Shown here: positions 56,154-62,107 of the stretch, in pieces
How the letters are laid out: the number at the start of each line of letters is the position of its first letter
Numbering within the stretch: the stretch's first letter is position 1
Assembly: GCA_964248005.1 (NCBI GenBank)
Contig: CAXTWV010000003.1
Location: 1 to 62,107, forward strand
Source: an uncultured Ktedonobacteraceae bacterium
GTDB lineage: Bacteria > Chloroflexota > Ktedonobacteria > Ktedonobacterales > Ktedonobacteraceae
DNA length: 62,107 bases
Direction of reading: 5' to 3'
Translations under genes and position numbers: made by a program
The notes under the pieces: generated by a model
Databases searched by the model: none
Seen by the model: the letters and a program-made list of their open reading frames with translations, nothing else
What the model was told of the DNA's origin: nothing

Positions 56154-56217
56154 ACTTACATACAGGAAAAAGTCCTTCCGCGCAATTGCGCGGAAGGACT
56201 TTTTCCTGTATGTAAGT
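56154..56217. terminator. perfect 64-nt palindrome (32-nt arms), bidirectional terminator candidate
   Basis: ACTTACATACAGGAAAAAGTCCTTCCGCGCAA|TTGCGCGGAAGGACTTTTTCCTGTATGTAAGT, exact with no mismatch. Its last base is the first base of the dxs stop codon complement (56217-56219). Confidence 0.8.
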
Positions 56218-58151
56218 TATGCTAGCGTATGCTCTTCCGAGCCGAGAAGCTGATGAACAACTTCCTTGATATGACCGGATGAGATGCCATATAGCTCTCT
56301 TAGCAGAGTTGCGGCACCATGCTCAACGAATTTGTCGGGTAGGCCAATCACTCTTACGTCGATGTTGCGCAGTTCATGACGCTCTAAGAGTTCCAGCACG
56401 GCACTGCCAAAACCGCTTGCGGCAAGATGGTCTTCTATCGTAATGAGACGACCTGTACCCTTTGCGAGACGAAGAATCATGTCTTCGTCGAGCGGCTTGG
56501 CCCAGCGTGCGTTGACAACAGCGACTCGAACACCTTCTTGAGCTAGTTCTTGCGCGGCAAGTTCAGCCTGTTCAACAGTTGTGCCATAGGCGAGAATGGC
56601 ACAATCGGTTCGCTCAGCCTCTTCAAGCGTCGCCGGGCTGAGCAATTCCGCCTTACCAACTTCTAGCTTGTGCAGGTCGTTCGTGAGAGTCGCACCTACC
56701 CCTTTACCGCGTGGATAGCGTAAACTCACTGGACCATCCATGTACACGGCGGTGTAGAGCATGTGACGCAGTTCTTCCTCGTCTTTCGGTGCCATGACCT
56801 TCATGTTAGGGATAGCACGCATGAAGCCGATATCAAAGACCCCGTGTTGTGTCGGACCATCCTCACCTACGATCCCCGCACGATCCATCGCGAACACCAC
56901 GTGCAAATTTTGTACGCAGATATCATGGATGATTTGGTCATAGGCACGCTGCATGAAGGTTGAGTAGATCGCCACCACCGGACAGATGCCCTCTACCGCC
57001 ATACCACCTGCAAAGGTGACGGCGTGCTGTTCCGCGATTCCAACATCAAAGTAGCGTTCGGGAAAACGCTGTCGCAACTTCTTGAGACTCGTTCCCTCTG
57101 CCATCGCTGCTGTGATACCAACGATGTTTTTATCGTTTTCGGCGAGCGAGACAAGCGTGTTCCCAAACACATCTTGATAGGATGGGGGATCATTCGGATT
57201 CTTTTTGATCTCACCCGTTTCGTAATCGTATGCCCCTGGTCCATGCCATTTGGTTGAGTCGCCCTCAGCAACTTCCCAGCCTTTGCCCTTCTTCGTGATG
57301 ACCTGCACCATGACAGGACCTTCAATCTTCTTCACATTCTCGAAGACATCAAGCATTTGTTCCATGTTGTGACCATCAAAAGGTCCGAAGAATTTGAAAC
57401 CAAGTTCCTCAAAAATGGCACCCGTCTTGCTATGCAAGACGACATTTTTCATGCTCGACTCGACCCGTCCTGCCGTCTCACGTGCCAAGTCGCCAACAAC
57501 AGGGAGCTTCTCTATTGATCCCTTCGCCATCTCACGTAAGCGGCGATAGCTGGGCGAGGTCTGCATCTGACGCGCTTTCAAAAGGTAGGAATGGAGCGCA
57601 CCGACGTTATCAGAGATAGATTTATCGTTATCATTGATGACAATAATAAGATTTTTCTTTAAGCTTCCTGCGTTATTGATGGCTTCGAGTGCCATACCAC
57701 CTGTTAACGCACCATCACCAATAATCGCGACAACCTTAAAGTCTTTCCCTTGCAGGTCACGTGCGGCGGCAATACCCAACGCGGCAGAGATAGATGTGCT
57801 TGCGTGACTAGCACCAAACACATCGTATTCGCTTTCTTCGCGACGCAGGTAGCCAGAAAGCCCACCAAATTGACGAATTGTCTTGAACCGTTCACGCCTT
57901 CCTGTCAATAATTTATGTACATACGCCTGATGGCCAATATCCCAGACAAGTTGATCTTCAGGCGTGTTAAATGCATAATGCAGAGCCATGGTTAGCTCAA
58001 CCACGCCAAGATTGGGGGCCAGATGTCCACCCTTCACTGACACTTTTTCGATGATCTCGCGTCGAATCTCTGCCGCTAACTGTTCCATCTGCGGAATCGT
58101 CAGGTTCCGTAACTGCTCTGGACCATCAATACTATCGAGAATCCTCGTCAA
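56217..58151 (-). CDS. dxs: 1-deoxy-D-xylulose-5-phosphate synthase
   Basis: TTG start with GGGAGG upstream. GHQAYVHKLLTGR, TPP motif IGDGALTGGMALEA. Transketolase-like C-terminal domains. Confidence 0.95.
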   Translation of the reverse strand: MTRILDSIDGPEQLRNLTIPQMEQLAAEIRREIIEKVSVKGGHLAPNLGVVELTMALHYAFNTPEDQLVWDIGHQAYVHKLLTGRRERFKTIRQFGGLSGYLRREESEYDVFGASHASTSISAALGIAAARDLQGKDFKVVAIIGDGALTGGMALEAINNAGSLKKNLIIVINDNDKSISDNVGALHSYLLKARQMQTSPSYRRLREMAKGSIEKLPVVGDLARETAGRVESSMKNVVLHSKTGAIFEELGFKFFGPFDGHNMEQMLDVFENVKKIEGPVMVQVITKKGKGWEVAEGDSTKWHGPGAYDYETGEIKKNPNDPPSYQDVFGNTLVSLAENDKNIVGITAAMAEGTSLKKLRQRFPERYFDVGIAEQHAVTFAGGMAVEGICPVVAIYSTFMQRAYDQIIHDICVQNLHVVFAMDRAGIVGEDGPTQHGVFDIGFMRAIPNMKVMAPKDEEELRHMLYTAVYMDGPVSLRYPRGKGVGATLTNDLHKLEVGKAELLSPATLEEAERTDCAILAYGTTVEQAELAAQELAQEGVRVAVVNARWAKPLDEDMILRLAKGTGRLITIEDHLAASGFGSAVLELLERHELRNIDVRVIGLPDKFVEHGAATLLRELYGISSGHIKEVVHQLLGSEEHTLA

Positions 58152-58417
58152 AGGTTTCCTCCCATACTAATTCTGGTGTCCCCCTGGCACCTCTTGCCTG
58201 TTAGCAACGCGAGATACGGTAGACGCCAAGCAACATTTCTTTCTCTTATGAAGATGCACGAATACCAGAGAAAGGGTGTAATGTATTGTGCTTTCCTTGT
58301 ATTATAGAGGTGTTCGTGCAACCTCGCAAATACTCTGCCCCAAAAAATTCATGCACATAGGGGCTTGACATGCCTTCAAGCCGCTTACAGAGCCAATTGA
58401 GCAGAAAAAATAGTCCC

Positions 58418-58446
58418 TTGACAGGAATATAGTTTCTTTCTATCAT
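58418..58446 (+). promoter_or_regulatory. sigma-70-like promoter upstream of the acidic-protein gene
   Basis: TTGACA (58418-58423), 17 nt, then TATCAT (58441-58446). Same architecture as the tRNA-Val promoter. Implies a leader of about 170 nt. Confidence 0.4.
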
Positions 58447-58624
58447 AATGAGCAAGATGAAACGGTCTGTATATGTCTTACAAACGACAAATTTCTGTCG
58501 CAGAGAGGCAGGCGTACATCGCTCTATTGTGTTTATAACCAAGAAGGAAGGTAGGACGGCATCCCTTGTAGGGGAGAGATGATAGGAGTTACGCATATGC
58601 ACTCTATCACCCGCCGAATAACTC

Positions 58625-59188
58625 ATGACAAGAAAAGATAGTGAAAAAGACTCAGAGCGTCCTCATTATTATTCACAGTTCTGGCTTGATATTGCCGCTG
58701 GACGCCGAACCATAGGCGGTCCAAAGCCAGATGAAGAGGGTGAGCTGCTCGAAGACACTCAAGAACCTATCGCATTACGCCGATCCTTTAGAAGTGAGCC
58801 TGAAGAAGACCTGGATGAGGTCGATGAGCCTATAGTGCGTGGAGAGCGTCCAGCAGCTCTTACACGTCCCGTTGCTGATGCCGTTAGCACATCATTTGAT
58901 GACATTGATACGCCTGAGCCTGATGAAGTACCTCTAGCTGTCGATGACATGGACAGCCTTGCGGTAAACGATGCAGTCGAAGACGCTGATATTCCAGACG
59001 TGGACTTTGCGGCTGACGAAGACGAAGAGGACGAAGAGGATGAGGATGAAGAACCTTTTGAAGATGAGGAAGACGAAGAGGACGAAGGCTGGGTTGCTGG
59101 TCGTGGGCGCAAGAAAGTTACGCCTAAACGTGCAGTAAAGCAGCCACCACCAAAGCGTGCAAAACGCGAACCACGCCGAGGATTCTAG
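58625..59188 (+). CDS. hypothetical acidic, intrinsically disordered protein with basic C-terminal tail
   Basis: 187 aa. Conserved-looking N-terminus RPHYYSQFWLDIAAGRR. Long D/E tract (ADEDEEDEEDEDEEPFEDEEDEEDEGW). Tail GRGRKKVTPKRAVKQPPPKRAKREPRRGF. No SD before the ATG. Confidence 0.55.
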   Translation: MTRKDSEKDSERPHYYSQFWLDIAAGRRTIGGPKPDEEGELLEDTQEPIALRRSFRSEPEEDLDEVDEPIVRGERPAALTRPVADAVSTSFDDIDTPEPDEVPLAVDDMDSLAVNDAVEDADIPDVDFAADEDEEDEEDEDEEPFEDEEDEEDEGWVAGRGRKKVTPKRAVKQPPPKRAKREPRRGF

Positions 59189-59190
59189 GG

Positions 59191-59249
59191 GTAGAATGTC
59201 ACCATGCTAAAATGGGGCATCGCCCCATTTTAGCATGGTGACATTCTAC
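59191..59249. terminator. bidirectional hairpin terminator, 28-bp perfect stem
   Basis: GTAGAATGTCACCATGCTAAAATGGGGC atc GCCCCATTTTAGCATGGTGACATTCTAC, between the convergent genes ending at 59188 (+) and 59261 (-). Confidence 0.8.
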
Positions 59250-59260
59250 GATAGTGTAAT

Positions 59261-60526
59261 TTATGGATAGATGCCACGAATTTGCGTGGCTTCCGCAACG
59301 CGTGAGATGGCTAACATATTGGCTGCCAGACGCAGATTACAATGCTGCTGGTCAGCCTTCTCAGCGACAGAGGTAAAGGCACGATTCATAATGATTTCTA
59401 GCTTTTGCAGAATCTCATCGACACCCCAGAAGAAGCTTTGCAAGTCTTGTACCCACTCGAAGTAGCTCACAGTCACCCCACCAGCATTCGCCAGAATGTC
59501 GGGAATAACAAGACACTTCTGTTCAAAGAGTATTCGGTCTGCATCAGGCGTTGTCGGTCCATTAGCGGCCTCAGCAATGATACGGGCCTGAATACGTCCT
59601 GCGTTCTCGGCGGTGATCACACCTTCTGTTGCTGCTGGAATGAGAATATCACATGGTACCTCTAGCACGTCCTGTACTCGTAAGCTTTGCGATTGCGGGA
59701 AGCCTACGACAGTGCCACGCTCTTGCTTGTGACGCAACACGGCAGCTGGATCAAGACCAGACTCGTTATAGATACCGCCTCGTGTATCGCTTACAGCAAC
59801 GATTTTACAACCTTCATTGTGGAAGAGACGCGCCGCGATAGCACCTGCATTGCCATAACCCTGAATACTGACGCGAGCACCCTTTAGTGGCATTCCTAGA
59901 CGTTGAGCAGCTTGTCTGGTCACGAAAAGGACACCTGTCGCGGTTGCGTCATTACGACCTTCGCTTCCACCAATCGAGAGCGGTTTGCCTGTGACAACGG
60001 CGGGAACGGAGAAGCCGGAGTGCATCGAGTAAGTGTCCATCATCCAGGCCATGACTTGCGAGTTGGTATTGACATCGGGGGCGGGAATATCACTATGAGG
60101 TCCAATGATAACAGAAATTTCAGTCGTATAACGACGGGTCATACGCTCAAGTTCAGCAGGAGTCATGGTTTTAGGATCACAGATGACGCCACCTTTCGCT
60201 CCTCCGTAGGGAATACCAACAACAGCACACTTCCACGTCATCCACATAGCAAGTGCCTTGACTTCATCGAGCGTTACGTCGGGACTATAGCGAATGCCAC
60301 CTTTGGCAGGGCCTCGATTCATATTATGCTGGACACGGTAGCCGGTGAAGGTTTTGACGCGCCCGTTATCGAGCCGCACTGGAAAATTGACCGCGAGTTC
60401 ACGTTTTGGCTGGCGAAGAATCTCCCGCATATCTTCGGAGAGGTTCAGTTTCTCAGCCGCGAGTTCAAACTGCTGAACCGCCATGGAGTAGGGGTTCAAA
60501 GCAGCAGACGACACGTCGTTGTGCAT
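59261..60526 (-). CDS. gdhA: Glu/Leu/Phe/Val dehydrogenase family, probably glutamate dehydrogenase
   Basis: ORF 59261-60577, started at MHNDVSSAALNPY. Catalytic Lys box IPYGGAKGGVICDP. Rossmann QGYGNAGAIAA. Confidence 0.9.
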   Translation of the reverse strand: MHNDVSSAALNPYSMAVQQFELAAEKLNLSEDMREILRQPKRELAVNFPVRLDNGRVKTFTGYRVQHNMNRGPAKGGIRYSPDVTLDEVKALAMWMTWKCAVVGIPYGGAKGGVICDPKTMTPAELERMTRRYTTEISVIIGPHSDIPAPDVNTNSQVMAWMMDTYSMHSGFSVPAVVTGKPLSIGGSEGRNDATATGVLFVTRQAAQRLGMPLKGARVSIQGYGNAGAIAARLFHNEGCKIVAVSDTRGGIYNESGLDPAAVLRHKQERGTVVGFPQSQSLRVQDVLEVPCDILIPAATEGVITAENAGRIQARIIAEAANGPTTPDADRILFEQKCLVIPDILANAGGVTVSYFEWVQDLQSFFWGVDEILQKLEIIMNRAFTSVAEKADQQHCNLRLAANMLAISRVAEATQIRGIYP

Positions 60527-60616
60527 AGCCTGCAACTGCCTTTCATATTCTATTTTTATGACAAGAAAGAGGAACACAACAATAGTGTTCCTCTTTGCAT
60601 TATACCACGACTTCTC

Positions 60617-62107
60617 TTATGATGGCTGTGTCTCATCGAGTTTCTTGCGCAAGAGTGTCTGCACCATGTCGGCTTTTGCTTGACCGCGTGTTTGCTTCAT
60701 GACTTGACCGACCAATGATTGCAGGGCGTTGGTTTTACCACTGCGGTAATCGGTTGCCGCCTTTGCGTTATTCGCAATCACCTCTCCGACGATGCGCTCA
60801 AGCGTCTCAGTATCGTTAATTGGAGGCTTGATGCCCTTCCTTGTCACGATAGCTTCTGGCGTTTCACCAGAGGTAAAGGCTTCATCCAGCACCTCTTTCG
60901 CTTGCTTGCCTGTGATGCGCTCTTTCTCAAGCAAGTCTAGCAAGTTCGCGAATGACGCAGGTGTCACGCGACAGTCCTGTATAGATACTGCGTTTACTTT
61001 GAGTAGACGTACCAGATCGCTCAACAACCAGTTACTCGCGGCTTTGGCGCGTGCCTTGATATCCTTCGCCTTTGAGACATCCAGCACCTGCTCAAGATAG
61101 TCGCCAAGTGCCTTGTCTTCCGTCAAGACATTCGCGTCTTGCTCAGATAGCCCAAAGCTTGTCGTATACCGCTTGCGGCGTGCATCCGGTAACTCTGGCA
61201 GCTGGGCGCGTATCTCTTCGACTTGTGCGCTCCGAATTAGTAGAGGCGGTAGATCTGGCTCTGGAAAGTAGCGATAGTCATGCGCTTGCTCTTTGCTGCG
61301 TTGTGAAACGGTGATGCCTCTGTTTTCGACCCAGCCACGCGTCTCTTGCACAATCGTACCACCAGAGCGAAGCAGCTCGACCTGCCGTTGAGCCTCGTAT
61401 TCTATGGCGCGTTCGACGGCACGAAAGCTATTCATGTTTTTAATTTCGGTCTTGACGCCCAATTCTTTTTGTCCACGTGGACGGATTGAGACATTTGCAT
61501 CACAACGCAAGCTGCCTTCTTCCAGGCGACCCGACGAGACACCAAGATAGACGAGAATTTCGCGCAACTTTTGCATGTAGAGCCGCGCCTCTTCCGCGCT
61601 ACGCATGTCTGGCTCACTGACGATTTCCATCAATGGAGTGCCTGCACGATTCACGTCAATCAGGCTATAACCATTGTGATGATTCAGACGTGCTGTATCT
61701 TCTTCAAGATGCACACGTGTGATACCAATACGTTGCGTCTGTCCATGAAGCTCGACATTGAGATAGCCATTCTGACTGAGTGGAACATCATATTGCGAGA
61801 TTTGGTAGCCCTTCATCAGGTCGGGATAAGGATAATTCTTGCGATCAAATTTAGAATATTCTGGAATGGCACAGTTGAGTGCTAATGCTGTCATAATCGT
61901 GTAGCGCACGGCTTCCTCATTAATGACAGGCATCACTCCTGGCATCCCCATACAGATGGGGCATACATGCGTATTGGGTGCCTCATTCGCATAGCCTGTG
62001 CTGCATGTACAGAACATCTTGCTCTTCGTCAAAAGTTGAGAGTGAACCTCAAGACCAATTACCAGTTCAAAGTCAGTATCTACAGGTGTGTGTGTTGTCG
62101 TCGTCAT
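60617..62107 (-). CDS. gatB: Asp-tRNA(Asn)/Glu-tRNA(Gln) amidotransferase subunit B
   Basis: FELVIGLEVHSQLLTKSKMFC, CPICMGMPG, HLEEDTARL, and a YqeY-like C-terminal tail. The ATG is the last codon of the window (62105-62107). Confidence 0.95.
   Translation of the reverse strand: MTTTTHTPVDTDFELVIGLEVHSQLLTKSKMFCTCSTGYANEAPNTHVCPICMGMPGVMPVINEEAVRYTIMTALALNCAIPEYSKFDRKNYPYPDLMKGYQISQYDVPLSQNGYLNVELHGQTQRIGITRVHLEEDTARLNHHNGYSLIDVNRAGTPLMEIVSEPDMRSAEEARLYMQKLREILVYLGVSSGRLEEGSLRCDANVSIRPRGQKELGVKTEIKNMNSFRAVERAIEYEAQRQVELLRSGGTIVQETRGWVENRGITVSQRSKEQAHDYRYFPEPDLPPLLIRSAQVEEIRAQLPELPDARRKRYTTSFGLSEQDANVLTEDKALGDYLEQVLDVSKAKDIKARAKAASNWLLSDLVRLLKVNAVSIQDCRVTPASFANLLDLLEKERITGKQAKEVLDEAFTSGETPEAIVTRKGIKPPINDTETLERIVGEVIANNAKAATDYRSGKTNALQSLVGQVMKQTRGQAKADMVQTLLRKKLDETQPS

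Noticed and set aside
58152-58420. TPP riboswitch or other riboswitch in the dxs leader
   Set aside because: I found a plausible promoter (TTGCGA-N17-TATAAT on the minus strand, about 58281-58310) and a leader of roughly 125 nt. None of the conserved TPP-element sequence (for example the CUGAGA box) nor a convincing multi-stem structure is present.
58246-58626. 126-aa minus-strand ORF between dxs and the acidic-protein gene
   Set aside because: It overlaps two divergent promoter regions. It has no SD or family signature, and its coding potential looks poor.
58759-59112. 117-aa minus-strand ORF with a poly-Ser run
   Set aside because: It is antisense to the GAA/GAG/GAC-rich acidic tract of 58625-59188. 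It is an artefact of the codon repeat.

Overview
A roughly 62 kb chromosomal window, GC in the high 40s by eye (not computed). The taxon is a guess: Chloroflexota, possibly Ktedonobacteria-like. That rests on frequent GTG/TTG starts, OmpR/NarL regulators, a CHAP plus FG-GAP-like wall protein, an IS605-type TnpB and Firmicute-like housekeeping synteny.

Layout:
- **1-24.1 kb:** a Wzy-type exopolysaccharide/glycan locus. It holds a CE4 deacetylase, a secreted dimethylformamidase-like protein, a Wzz/BY-kinase, a UDP-HexNAc dehydrogenase, a MurJ-like flippase fused to a Wzy/O-antigen-ligase-like domain, two tandem GT4 paralogues, two tandem AsnB-type amidotransferases, two more GT4s, a lipoprotein hydrolase candidate, a WbpP/TviC-like epimerase, a WbpB-like oxidoreductase, a DegT aminotransferase and a small priming sugar transferase.
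- **24.1-25.5 kb:** an OmpR-type response regulator with a small T2SSE_N/MshEN-like protein.
- **26-32.4 kb:** a housekeeping operon on the minus strand (aroK/B fusion, aroQ, pepP, efp, BCCP-like, xseA, xseB, DUF212).
- **32.4-37 kb:** a CHAP/beta-propeller wall protein with a Pro/Thr tandem-repeat linker, tRNA-Val(GAC) and a solo IS200/IS605 tnpB.
- **37-50 kb:** marR-tspO, then the conserved rpsB-tsf-pyrH-frr-uppS / cdsA-dxr-rseP-ispG block, split by a roughly 2.8 kb insertion that carries a visibly GC-rich oxidoreductase gene.
- **50.2-51.6 kb:** a degraded mobile-element scar (DUF4177, start-less HicB-like ORF, integrase C-terminal fragment).
- **51.6-62.1 kb:** regulators (NarL-type, AraC, Crp), cupin, VOC, an orphan ABC ATPase, dxs, an acidic disordered protein, gdh and gatB.

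No CRISPR array, rRNA or recognisable defence operon was seen.

Most notable observations:
- the flippase-polymerase fusion and the amidotransferase-rich glycan locus
- a BCCP homologue whose biotinyl-lysine motif EAMK reads QSLN
- an EF-P with Arg at the modified loop tip
- an intact solo TnpB next to a tRNA
- a set of unusually long perfect palindromes (18-32 bp arms), including a 32-bp-arm inverted repeat inside the glycan operon
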